Shown: positions 6,486 to 15,687 of the stretch, piece after piece
How the letters are laid out: each line of letters starts with the position of its first letter
How positions within the stretch are numbered: position 1 is the first letter of the stretch
Assembly: GCA_050122795.1 (NCBI GenBank)
Contig: JASFIG010000001.1
Location: 1 to 45,834 of the forward strand
Origin: Desulfobacterales bacterium
Lineage (GTDB): Bacteria > Desulfobacterota > Desulfobacteria > Desulfobacterales > JAHEIW01
Direction: 5' to 3'
DNA length: 45,834 nucleotides
Notes under the pieces: model-generated
Database searches by the model: none
What the model was told of the DNA's origin: nothing
What the model saw: only the letters and a program-made list of their open reading frames with translations
Program-made: the position numbers and the translations under genes

Positions 6486-9263
6486 TTAAGAAGTGGGGGC
6501 GGTCTCGCGGGAGGTGGGCAACGTGAACGAAAAAGTGGATCCTTCGCCGGGCTTGCTTTCGACCCATATGCGTCCGTGGTGGAAATCAATAATGCGCTTG
6601 CTGATGGTCAGGCCAATGCCCGTTCCATAAGGCCGGCCCCGGGCGGGATCTTTTATCTGGTGGAATTTTTCAAATATCTTGTCCTGGTCGCGGCTGCGAA
6701 TGCCAATACCGTTGTCCTGGACATCGACCTGTACCTGCTGTTCGCTGGCTGTCAATCGAATGGTTATTTTACCGCGATCGGAGTCGCAAAATTTGACGGC
6801 ATTTGAGATCAGGTTCACCATGACCTGTACCAGCCGGTCACGATCGCCGGAAATGAGAGGGGGGTTGTCGGTCAATTCATAATCGATGGTGATCTTTTTA
6901 TCTTCAACCAGTTGACGGGTGCTGGCAACCGCGTCCTGAATGACCACTTTGATATCGGTTGCAATGATGACCCAGTCCATCTGGGCGGATTCGATTTTTT
7001 CATAATCCAGCACCTGGTTGATCAGTCGGGTCAACCGCTCGCTTTCTTTAATGATGATACCGGTAAAGTTTTTGTGCTGGTCTGCGCCGATTTCCGGATT
7101 GGTGTGCAGGATTTCAGCCAGGGAGCGGACCGACGTCAGCGGGGTGCGCAACTCGTGCGTAACAGTTGAGATAAATTCGTCTTTAAGGCGGTCCAGATCC
7201 TTGAGGCGGCGGTTGGCTTCCTGAAGCTCGGCGGTGGCCTTCTCAAGTTCCCGGCTGTAGGCAATCACCTGCCGGGTCTCATCGAGGATGTTCAAGACTT
7301 CCTCGATACCCAGTGATTCTTCCTTGACCACTGAGGCGACCATGACCCGGGCGGATGCCGAGCCAATAGCGCCGGCCAGCAATCTTTCAGCGTAGCCGAC
7401 CAGATTGGCATCGGCGGTTACCAGGTAGTTCCAGCTGAGTTTGCGTTTATTGGCGTAGTCGGCCAGCGCCTCATCGGTGCGCTGTCGGCCCAGAAAGCGT
7501 ATCAACAGGGATTTAAGGTCCGGCAGGTGGGCCGTTCCGCGCCAGAAGTGGGATCCAGCAGCTTCACCGGAATATCTGAATACGTCAACGAACAAAGCAG
7601 CCTGGGTATGCTCGATGGTGCGCGGGCGGCTGAATAAAGATACACCGACATACGCAGCGGTGTTCGCCAGCAGACTCCAGAAAACTGCATGGGAAATTTG
7701 ATTGAAGCCCTGCAAGCCAAATAATTCAAACGGCTTGAGCAGCTCAATTCCCAGCGGTCCCTGTTTGACGAAATTTTCAGCGATGATGCCGGCCGGCACC
7801 AGGGAGGGCAGGAAAAGAGTGTAAATCCACACGGCGAATCCGGCCAGCAGGCCGCAGACAGCGCCGCTGCGGGTGCCACCTTTCCAGAAGATGCCGCCCA
7901 GCAGAGCCGGTGCAAACTGGGCAACCGCGACGAAGGAGACCAGTCCCATGGAGACGAGGGCATAGAATTCGCCGATGGTGCGAAAATAGGCGTAACCCAG
8001 CAGCAGAACTAAAACGATGCTGCATCTACGAATGGTCAGCAGCAGCCCGCTGTAGTCCTGTCGCAGGCCCATCTCTTCGATGGGCAGCCGCAGCAGGACC
8101 GGCATGACCAGATCGTTACAGATCATGGTGCTTAACGCAATGGTTTCGACGATGACCATGCCGGTTGCAGCCGACATGCCGCCAAGATAAACGAATAAAG
8201 CGATGAGCTGTTGGCGTTCGGCCATCGGCAGTGTGAGCACAAATGTGTCGGCATCGACACCCCCGTGCGGAAAATGCAATATGCCGCTTAATGCCACCGG
8301 TACGACAAAGACATTAATGGCCAGAAGATACAGCGGGAATAGCCAGATCGCTTTGTTGAGGTGCTCCTCGTTGACGTTTTCGACAACGGTGATCTGAAAT
8401 TGACGCGGTAAAAATATAATCGCCAGCATCGATATCAACAGATGAATGCTCCAGTCCGCGTAACTGAATCCCTGGCCTTTTATCGTCAGGTGTTTATCGA
8501 AAATCAAGGAGCTGAGGCCACCGGATTGCCCCCCAAGGCTATTCTTCGCATCGGTAAATTGGGTGGCTTTTTGAAAAAGGTCTCCCAATCCGTTATGGAT
8601 AAAATAGGTGACAAATATCCCGACGGTCAAAAAGGCGGCCAGCTTGACAATCGATTCAAAAGCGATGGCGGCCACCAGTCCCTCATGTCGCTCGGTTGCG
8701 TCCAGGTGACGGGTGCCGAACAGAATGGCAAATACGGCCAGCAGCAGGGCAATATAAAAGGCCGGGTCGTACATAATCGGAACGTCGGAAAAACTGAATG
8801 AAACTGATACTTCGGGGTATTGGGTGATCAGCAAAAAACCGGTTGAAATCGCTTTAAGCTGCAGTGCAATATAAGGGATGACACCGATAACCGCAATGTT
8901 TGTGGCAAGCCCACCGAGGGTGGTGCTTTTACCGTAGCGGGAGGCAATAAAATCGGCAATGGAGGTAATGCGGTGAACCTTGCTGATACGGATAATTTTC
9001 TGCCAGACGGACCAGCCCAGCAGCGCCATCAGCGTCGGCCCGATGTAAATGGTTAAAAAGCCCAGTCCGCTGCTGACAGCCAGTCCGACGCTGCCGTAAA
9101 AAGTCCAGGCCGTGCAATAAACGGCCATGGAAAGTGCGTAGATGTAGGGGTTGCTGATAATGCTGCGCCCGGCATCAGCGCGTTTGTCACCATAATGGGC
9201 GATGGCGAAAAGCAACCCCATGTAGGCAAATGACACAAAAAGTATGGCCCCGGTTTCCAGCAT
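6486..9263 (-). CDS. Sensor histidine kinase with an N-terminal sodium:solute-symporter (SLC5-like) domain (CbrA/CrbS-type architecture, no receiver domain)
   Basis: 925 aa. The first ~560 aa are polytopic and SSS-like. They are followed by a coiled coil, the H-box FISTVTHELRTPLTSV and HATPase motifs (NLISNAVKF, DNGIGI, GTGIGLTISKRII). Confidence 0.85.
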   Translation of the reverse strand: MLETGAILFVSFAYMGLLFAIAHYGDKRADAGRSIISNPYIYALSMAVYCTAWTFYGSVGLAVSSGLGFLTIYIGPTLMALLGWSVWQKIIRISKVHRITSIADFIASRYGKSTTLGGLATNIAVIGVIPYIALQLKAISTGFLLITQYPEVSVSFSFSDVPIMYDPAFYIALLLAVFAILFGTRHLDATERHEGLVAAIAFESIVKLAAFLTVGIFVTYFIHNGLGDLFQKATQFTDAKNSLGGQSGGLSSLIFDKHLTIKGQGFSYADWSIHLLISMLAIIFLPRQFQITVVENVNEEHLNKAIWLFPLYLLAINVFVVPVALSGILHFPHGGVDADTFVLTLPMAERQQLIALFVYLGGMSAATGMVIVETIALSTMICNDLVMPVLLRLPIEEMGLRQDYSGLLLTIRRCSIVLVLLLGYAYFRTIGEFYALVSMGLVSFVAVAQFAPALLGGIFWKGGTRSGAVCGLLAGFAVWIYTLFLPSLVPAGIIAENFVKQGPLGIELLKPFELFGLQGFNQISHAVFWSLLANTAAYVGVSLFSRPRTIEHTQAALFVDVFRYSGEAAGSHFWRGTAHLPDLKSLLIRFLGRQRTDEALADYANKRKLSWNYLVTADANLVGYAERLLAGAIGSASARVMVASVVKEESLGIEEVLNILDETRQVIAYSRELEKATAELQEANRRLKDLDRLKDEFISTVTHELRTPLTSVRSLAEILHTNPEIGADQHKNFTGIIIKESERLTRLINQVLDYEKIESAQMDWVIIATDIKVVIQDAVASTRQLVEDKKITIDYELTDNPPLISGDRDRLVQVMVNLISNAVKFCDSDRGKITIRLTASEQQVQVDVQDNGIGIRSRDQDKIFEKFHQIKDPARGRPYGTGIGLTISKRIIDFHHGRIWVESKPGEGSTFSFTLPTSRETAPTS

Positions 9264-9266
9264 TGG

Positions 9267-9500
9267 TTATGGCTCGGTTTGTTCAAAGGGTGTTGATGGG
9301 GGTTGCCCGCGGGTTTTTGTCGCCATGGCTGCCAGCAGAATTAAGAAAACCCAGGCGGTAAAGATATACCATATGAGCAGGGGCAAGCCGAAGATACTGG
9401 TTTTGAGGTTGAACAATGACAACAGTGGGTAATTGAAAAGAACGCTACCCAACAGAAATAAACCGACCAAGCGTTTATTTTTTCTGGCTTTGGGTGTCAC
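9267..9500 (-). CDS. Small 2-TM membrane protein immediately upstream of the SSS-kinase (putative symporter small-subunit-like partner)
   Basis: 77 aa with a GTG start preceded by AAGGTG. Two hydrophobic helices (LVGLFLLGSVLFNYPLLSLF and LPLLIWYIFTAWVFLILLAAMA). Its stop is 3 nt before the kinase ATG. Confidence 0.55.
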   Translation of the reverse strand: MTPKARKNKRLVGLFLLGSVLFNYPLLSLFNLKTSIFGLPLLIWYIFTAWVFLILLAAMATKTRGQPPSTPFEQTEP

Positions 9501-9512
9501 TGGTCACCTTTT

Positions 9513-9557
9513 GCATGCCCGTTAAGCTGGAAAAGGGCGAATCATTTAACGGCATGC
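9513..9557. promoter_or_regulatory. Inverted repeat GCATGCCCGTTAA-N20-TTAACGGCATGC in the divergent intergenic region
   Basis: 12 of 13 positions are complementary. It lies between the minus-strand small-ORF/kinase operon and the plus-strand DUF294 gene. It is a candidate operator or 5'-UTR hairpin. Confidence 0.3.
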
Positions 9558-9741
9558 TACTATAAATTAATTGGATTGCAGTGTCAAATGCGTCCTGAGT
9601 TATCGGTACGCGACGTTCAGTAAATGTTATTCGAATTGGCACATGACGCCAGGTATGCTACGGTAGGATCGATCGTTGCAGATGCCCGATGCTATGCTTT
9701 ACGAGGCCCTCGAACGCCTGCCGCCAAGAACAGGAGACAGT

Positions 9742-12072
9742 ATGTCAGACCCCATCCTTACCTTTTTATCAAAGCTGGTTCCGTTTTCAAAGCTGCCGGC
9801 GGAAGAATGCAAGCGAATCGCTGAATCGGCAACCACTGAAAACTACGCCGGCGGACACAATTTGTCCGTGCAGGGACGAACGAAACTGGAGTGCATTTAT
9901 CTTGTAAAAGAAGGTATTTTAGAGCTTTTTTATGAATCCGACGGTGAAAAAGAAATGACCGGCATCATCAAAAAAGGTGAAATTTTCGGGGGCATTTCGA
10001 TCCTGATGAATGCCGGCATATCCGTTCGTTCGGTCAAAGTCGTTGAAGATGTCAGCTTATACGTGGTGCCCAAAAAGGTCTTCCTGGAAGTTGCGACCCA
10101 GTACACTGATTTTTACGAATTTTTTGCCGAGAAGTTCCGCAAGCGAATGCTGAACAAATCCTACGCATCGGTGGTCGCCGCCGGTCAGGCACTCCATTTC
10201 TTGCATGAGCTGGTACCGTTTTCGTTTCTTCCCCAAACGGATCTGGAAAAAATGGCAGCGGCGATTTCTATTATCAACTATCCCAAAGATACCATTCTGT
10301 TTGCCCAGGGGCGCTCCAAAATCGATTATCTGTACATCGTCCAAAAAGGGGCGGCCGAGCGCTACTTTGAAGAGAATGATGAAAAAAACCTGCGTGGCAT
10401 ACTGGGCGAGGGGGATATGTATGGTGGTATTTCCATGCTGGTCAACGATGGCATCGCCATAAGGACGCTGAGGGTGATTGAGGATTCCTATTTCTACATT
10501 TTGCCCAAGGAGCTGTTTTTGGAAGCCTGCCAGAAACACGGCGCCTTTTCAGACTTTTTCACCGATACCTTCGGCAAGCGGATGCTCGATCGGTCCTATG
10601 CCGAAATCATCGCCCATAACCGCAGGCCACGCGAGCAGGTCACTGATTTTTTTAATCGGCCGGTTGAAAGCATCTACAACAAAGATCTGGTTTACTGCGA
10701 TCAGAACATGCCGATCCAGGCAGCCGCTGCGGTGATGAGCGAGCACAACACAAGCTCTATTTTTGTGCGTGAGCACAGAGGTCAATTTGTCGGTGTGGTG
10801 ACCGACAATGACCTCAGAAAAAAGGTGACCGCCACCGGATATGATATCCTGAAGCCGGTTTCCGACATCATGTCATCACCGTTAAGCATGATTTCCGAAA
10901 AAGCGCTTCTTTTCGAGGCCCTGATGGAAATGATGCGAGAAAATATCAAGCACCTGGCGGTCACCAACAGCGATGATAAAGTCGTTGGTGTTATCACCAA
11001 TCGCGATTTGCTCAGAGCCCAGGGGCAGTCGCCATTGTTTATCATCCGCGAGATTATCCAGGCCAAGTTTATCAACCAGATTGTTCAGGTGCGGCAACAG
11101 GTGCCACGGTTAATTGAAACACTGATCAATACCGGCACCAAGGCTCACAATGTAACCGGTCTTTTGACGACGATTTCAGATACCACCCTGGAAAAAATCA
11201 TCGGATTCGCGCTGGACGAATTCGGCCCGCCCCCGGTCAGATTTGTTTTTATGATCCTGGGCAGCGAGGGCCGCAGAGAACAAACGTTAAAGACCGATCA
11301 GGACAATGCCATTATTTTTGAAGATGTGCCTTCCGAATCTCTTAAGAAAGTGACCCAATATTTTCTAAAATTCAGCGAGCGGGTCTGCAACTGGCTGGAT
11401 GAAGCCGGTTACGCCCTGTGCAAGGGCGGGATTATGGCCAAGAATGCCAACTGGTGCCAGCCATTGTCCACCTGGAAAAGCTATTTCAGACGCTGGATTC
11501 ATACGGCCGAGCCCGAAGCGTTGCTGCAGGCCAGTATTTTCTTCGATTTTCGATCCGGATACGGCGATGAGGAATTGATCACCGATCTGCGTCGATACCT
11601 GTTTAAGGAATTGAGCGGCTGGCCGGGATTTTTTCGCCATATGGCTGAAAATGCGATGTATTTCACCCCTCCGATCGGCTTTTTCCGCAATTTTGTGGTG
11701 GAGTCCGAAGGCGAGCACCGGGATGCCTTTGACATCAAGGCCGCCATGCAGCCAATTGTCGACTATGCCAGAATCTATGCTCTCAATCATCAAATCGACG
11801 AGACCAATACGCATGCACGCCTGAATCAACTGCTGGCCCTCAAAAAGATCAGCCCCGAGGAGCATATTGAACTGGAGACAGCCTACAGCTACATGATGCA
11901 ACAACGGTTGGCGCGCCAGGTTGAAGCCATGGTCGAAGAAAACGTAGCGCCGAATAATTATATCAACCCCAAAAAATTGTCACGTATCGAACAAACCATG
12001 CTCAAGGAAATCTTCAAGCGCGTCGAAAAATTCCAGGGCAAACTCAGTTTTGATTTTACCGGGCTGACCTAA
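9742..12072 (+). CDS. Signal-transduction protein: 2x cyclic-nucleotide-binding domain, CBS pair, DUF294 (GlnD-like) nucleotidyltransferase and DUF294_C
   Basis: Start chosen at ATG 9742, with an AGGAGA RBS at 9733-9738. Two cNMP-like repeats (LVPFSKLP...GEIFGGISILMN and LVPFSFLP...GDMYGGISMLVN). Two CBS motifs (...VGVVTDNDLRKKV and ...VGVITNRDLLRAQ). NTase motif ILGSEGRREQTLKTDQDNAIIF. Confidence 0.85.
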   Translation: MSDPILTFLSKLVPFSKLPAEECKRIAESATTENYAGGHNLSVQGRTKLECIYLVKEGILELFYESDGEKEMTGIIKKGEIFGGISILMNAGISVRSVKVVEDVSLYVVPKKVFLEVATQYTDFYEFFAEKFRKRMLNKSYASVVAAGQALHFLHELVPFSFLPQTDLEKMAAAISIINYPKDTILFAQGRSKIDYLYIVQKGAAERYFEENDEKNLRGILGEGDMYGGISMLVNDGIAIRTLRVIEDSYFYILPKELFLEACQKHGAFSDFFTDTFGKRMLDRSYAEIIAHNRRPREQVTDFFNRPVESIYNKDLVYCDQNMPIQAAAAVMSEHNTSSIFVREHRGQFVGVVTDNDLRKKVTATGYDILKPVSDIMSSPLSMISEKALLFEALMEMMRENIKHLAVTNSDDKVVGVITNRDLLRAQGQSPLFIIREIIQAKFINQIVQVRQQVPRLIETLINTGTKAHNVTGLLTTISDTTLEKIIGFALDEFGPPPVRFVFMILGSEGRREQTLKTDQDNAIIFEDVPSESLKKVTQYFLKFSERVCNWLDEAGYALCKGGIMAKNANWCQPLSTWKSYFRRWIHTAEPEALLQASIFFDFRSGYGDEELITDLRRYLFKELSGWPGFFRHMAENAMYFTPPIGFFRNFVVESEGEHRDAFDIKAAMQPIVDYARIYALNHQIDETNTHARLNQLLALKKISPEEHIELETAYSYMMQQRLARQVEAMVEENVAPNNYINPKKLSRIEQTMLKEIFKRVEKFQGKLSFDFTGLT

Positions 12073-12137
12073 GTTCGATTTCAACGCAGCGCTTCCTGTT
12101 GGCCGACAAATGTCTCCCCTGATGGGACAGCGCCGCC

Positions 12138-15128
12138 TTATCTGCCCTTTATCCACACCGCAACCAGCACCCCCATCAGCAAAACAAGGACCACGAACAG
12201 ATACCATTCTTCGAAGGGATGCCGGGTTTCAGGTTCGAAAAGTTTATCTGCCAGACGAAACGGAATGGCTGTGTTCTTGATGCTCAGATTGAGATTGAGC
12301 GCTTGCGGTTCCACGTCATGCGGAACAGATAAGATATGCGTATAGGTTCCGTCAAGTCGATCCTGCAAGCTGCCCATCCACCTCCCTTCGGACGCCTCCA
12401 ATTTCATGGAGCCGGCATGACCGGGGCCCAAAAAGTTACCCAGAGCATCTTTGGGCGTGACGCGAATTTCATAGGCCTTAACATCTTGCTCAATGGCGGG
12501 TTGGCGAGCGGCTTCGACTGCAGTAGAAGCCGGATCGACATTGATGGTTACATATTTTTCGATGACCTTTTCGCGCTTGAACAGAATGCCGTCGCCGGTG
12601 GTTCCGGAAGTCTGAACATAAAACACATAGGTTCCCTGCTGGCGGGTATCGCTGAAACGAGCCGTATAGACGCCATCATTGGCTTTAGCATCGCCGTGGG
12701 ACTGATCATCAACCATTTGCACAGGTTCGGGGCGGGTGCGTTGCGGCAACGGAATTTGACTGTTTTTCGTCAGGTAGATCGCCTTGCGGTGGAGCGCGGA
12801 CAGGTCTTCCTGACCCTGCTTTTGCGGCACCTGCTTCAGCGCACTCAGGGGGATCGGATGTTTGGCAAACCAGTTGCCCAGACCCTCCTGTGGGCGGGTG
12901 ACCTGGATGCCAATGTCCTGCAGCCCCCTGACGGGTTGATTGCCTTCACTTAGCGAGGCACTCACAACAATGGCATCGCCGGTTTGATAAGCCTTGCGGT
13001 CAAATTTAATGTTCATTTTCAAATCCGAGCGGGTAATGACACTGTACTGGTATTTTTCGTTTTTGGCTTCAGCTGAATCGGCCAGCGAGACCTTGATTTG
13101 CCAGGGGACGGGTCCGACTTTGCCGGGTTGATTGAGAAATAGACTTTCGAAGGCAATGATCCGGAATGTATCACCGCTCGTCGTCTGAACGCCTGCGACC
13201 GGGTCTGTGAGCGTTATTTCCTGCCCGTCGGAGGAGGTGACCGTCAGCAACAGTCTGTCGCGCTGAAAAGCAACCCAGCTTAAATAGACGATGACTTTTT
13301 TGTCGGACTTGCTGATATAAAAATCATGAACCTGGGTTTCACCGCTGTTAATGACAGCCATCGGATCTGCTGCAGATTCCAGCTGCAATGTGTCGACCAA
13401 TACGGCCTTGTACCTTTCCTGCAGGGCATTGCCGGGGTCCCAGGTCCCGGGGTTGAAATTGGGGTCAGCAGTCACATCGTAAAAGCCGCCCCAAGTCCCG
13501 GTTCCAATATTATTGAGCAGATCGTGCGGAACTTCGGCCGGTTGGCCAAATCCGATCGCATGCACGTTGATAGCGGCCGCATTCAGGTTGTCAACGAGCT
13601 GGTCAATCTGCGCAGCTTCCACACCCGCTATCGCGGGGCAATTTTGAAAACCGTCGCTTAAAAGAACCAGGGCCTTGCGGCTGGCATTGCCGAAAAGACC
13701 TGATGCGGTATCGATACCGGCCAGCAACGGAGTGCTGCCGCCGGGCGTCAGGCCTGGAATGGTGGTATCAATGGCCGTAGCGATGGTGCTTTCCTGCACG
13801 AGGGCAAGATCGGAAATAATCTGGCCCTCACAGGCCTGCTGCGGCTGGCGCGGAAAAGCGGCGATGGCGAAGTTTGCGCCGCAGGGATTGAAATAATTCA
13901 GCATCCACACAAACGGGATCGCCGCCTGTTTGGCCAGGGTGATCCGCCTGGCCGGCTCGGCAACATTGACGGACCCATCATGTCCCCAGTTCATGCTGCC
14001 GGATCGGTCAAACAGCAAAACCACCGACGCATCCAGCGGCTGTGCTGCCGGTGCCGGAATAATGGGAGGGTTGCTGCCCGTCACTCCGACAATAACATCG
14101 TCAGGCGGAACCTGCTGATAGACGGCCGTGTAAAGGGCGGTGAAAATTGTCTGCGGCCAGTGGACGGTGTTCTGGTGAACAGATACAGGACCGTTGCCGG
14201 GTACTTCTAGATAATCGATATTGACGGCGTTGTCCGCCAGATTCTTTGCTAGAACTCTTCCCTGGCAATCATCGGAGGGCGTGCTGCCGCCCACAAAATC
14301 CCCGTTGTCGCCGGCATATAGCGTGACATACAGAACGCCGTCCTGAGGCGGCGATCCCGGTGGCCGGCTGCCGGGTGCCTCGCTCGCATAATCGATGGAG
14401 GGATCGAAGTTGGCGGCACGGGTGTCCTGAATGTCGTGGCCATTGAGGTCTGCGATGAAATCTTCAGCGTCCGCACCCAAAGACCAACAAGTCACTCCAC
14501 CGTAGCCATTGTTGAGCTGTCTGGCGGCCAGGCTGGCACTGGGCAATACGGGCATGTTTAATCCATGATTGGGCGGCGCGATGGCAATAAACGCCGAAAC
14601 CGGGATATCGCTATTGTTGTCATGAAGATTTTTTATATACGTGCGTGAGCTGAGTGTGCCCTTGCTGTAGGCGATGATCACCACTTTCAGATCCGGGTTG
14701 TTCGGGTCCTGCGGCTGATGGCGTGCCAGAATGCTATCAATGGCGTCCCCAATATCCGCGGCATCCAGCGCAATGGAGCGCCCCTGGTCCTCAAAGTAAA
14801 TGAAGTAGGGCTCGATGCCCAGGCAGGCGTTTTGTGGTAACGCCAGGGTCTGTTTGAAAGAGGGCAGGTTGCCCAGCGAATGCCACCAGTTTTTCTGATA
14901 ATTCGGATTGCTCGGGTCCGGGTTGGGATCATGGCCATGGACGAATAAAACCGGGATTTTGCGTGCGGGTGGCGCGGAGTTTTCAGTCAATTGGCTGCCA
15001 TCGTTCAGAAAAACCGTGGCTGCGGCTACTTGCGGGGCTAAGTTCGGCAGCGTGGCAGCCAGAAACAACATCACTGCAACCCCGCTACAAACGATAAAGA
15101 ATCGGCTGTGATTTCGTTTTTTTACCAT
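12138..15128 (-). CDS. Large secreted, C-terminally membrane-anchored protein: alpha/beta-hydrolase (lipase-like), vWA domain and beta-rich Ig-like region
   Basis: Start chosen at ATG 15128 (MVKKRNHS..., GGAG RBS). Signal peptide ends ...PQVAAA. VLFVHGH plus the nucleophile elbow A-Y-S-K-G (an AxSxG lipase-type motif). vWA MIDAS residues VVLLFDRSGSMNW, GGSTPL and LVLLSDGFQN. Terminal TM helix WYLFVVLVLLMGVLVAVWIKGR. Confidence 0.75.
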   Translation of the reverse strand: MVKKRNHSRFFIVCSGVAVMLFLAATLPNLAPQVAAATVFLNDGSQLTENSAPPARKIPVLFVHGHDPNPDPSNPNYQKNWWHSLGNLPSFKQTLALPQNACLGIEPYFIYFEDQGRSIALDAADIGDAIDSILARHQPQDPNNPDLKVVIIAYSKGTLSSRTYIKNLHDNNSDIPVSAFIAIAPPNHGLNMPVLPSASLAARQLNNGYGGVTCWSLGADAEDFIADLNGHDIQDTRAANFDPSIDYASEAPGSRPPGSPPQDGVLYVTLYAGDNGDFVGGSTPSDDCQGRVLAKNLADNAVNIDYLEVPGNGPVSVHQNTVHWPQTIFTALYTAVYQQVPPDDVIVGVTGSNPPIIPAPAAQPLDASVVLLFDRSGSMNWGHDGSVNVAEPARRITLAKQAAIPFVWMLNYFNPCGANFAIAAFPRQPQQACEGQIISDLALVQESTIATAIDTTIPGLTPGGSTPLLAGIDTASGLFGNASRKALVLLSDGFQNCPAIAGVEAAQIDQLVDNLNAAAINVHAIGFGQPAEVPHDLLNNIGTGTWGGFYDVTADPNFNPGTWDPGNALQERYKAVLVDTLQLESAADPMAVINSGETQVHDFYISKSDKKVIVYLSWVAFQRDRLLLTVTSSDGQEITLTDPVAGVQTTSGDTFRIIAFESLFLNQPGKVGPVPWQIKVSLADSAEAKNEKYQYSVITRSDLKMNIKFDRKAYQTGDAIVVSASLSEGNQPVRGLQDIGIQVTRPQEGLGNWFAKHPIPLSALKQVPQKQGQEDLSALHRKAIYLTKNSQIPLPQRTRPEPVQMVDDQSHGDAKANDGVYTARFSDTRQQGTYVFYVQTSGTTGDGILFKREKVIEKYVTINVDPASTAVEAARQPAIEQDVKAYEIRVTPKDALGNFLGPGHAGSMKLEASEGRWMGSLQDRLDGTYTHILSVPHDVEPQALNLNLSIKNTAIPFRLADKLFEPETRHPFEEWYLFVVLVLLMGVLVAVWIKGR

Positions 15129-15243
15129 GATATGACTCCAATCATTTAGATAACATGACGGTTTGCGGTGGGCCCAGTATTCAGAAAGGATCTTTTGCAA
15201 AGATAATTGAAATTTAAATATCGGAGGTCAATAGAATTGTCAA

Positions 15244-15687
15244 CTATTCAAGCGTCCTGGCAATCAGGCGAACCTTGCGTTCGATATCGGAAATCTCCTT
15301 GAGCAGGCCGTCGGGCGGTGTGTCGCCTGAAAATTTGTGCTGGGTTATTCGGTATTGCAAATTCAGGTATTGCTTGTTCAGATCGATAAATGCTTTATCG
15401 CGATCCCCATGGGTGCTGTGGGCAACTGTCGTCTGAGCAGAATGTTTGGTGCCTTTCTTTTTGCGGCGAACACACAATAGACCGATAACGCCTACAGCCA
15501 GCAGAATCAATACCGTGCCCTTTGAAAAGGAAACAGACACTTTGCCATCCTGCGTTGCGATTTGACGTTGCCGGTGTGCGGGGGTCGGGCCTTGCGAGCC
15601 GGCAAGAGTCTCCTGAAATCCAGGAAGCAATGCACAGAGAATGAATATGCAGATTGAAGCGGTATGTGCGAGGTGCTTCATCTTCAT
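15244..15687 (-). CDS. Hypothetical bitopic membrane protein (signal peptide, one TM helix, cytoplasmic coiled-coil tail)
   Basis: 147 aa with an AAGAGG RBS. Hydrophobic N-terminus. TM helix VLILLAVGVIGLLCV followed by RRKKKG. It lies directly upstream of, and co-oriented with, the vWA protein. Confidence 0.55.
   Translation of the reverse strand: MKMKHLAHTASICIFILCALLPGFQETLAGSQGPTPAHRQRQIATQDGKVSVSFSKGTVLILLAVGVIGLLCVRRKKKGTKHSAQTTVAHSTHGDRDKAFIDLNKQYLNLQYRITQHKFSGDTPPDGLLKEISDIERKVRLIARTLE

Noticed and set aside
9676-9741. Upstream starts of the DUF294 ORF, and ORF 9624-9824
   Set aside because: There is no RBS. ATG 9742 has AGGAGA at the ideal distance, and the cNMP domain begins right after it.
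12336-12953. 205-aa plus-strand ORF (and other plus-strand ORFs between 13326 and 15111) inside the vWA gene
   Set aside because: They are antisense to a continuous 996-codon frame with a signal peptide, hydrolase and MIDAS motifs. No independent support exists.
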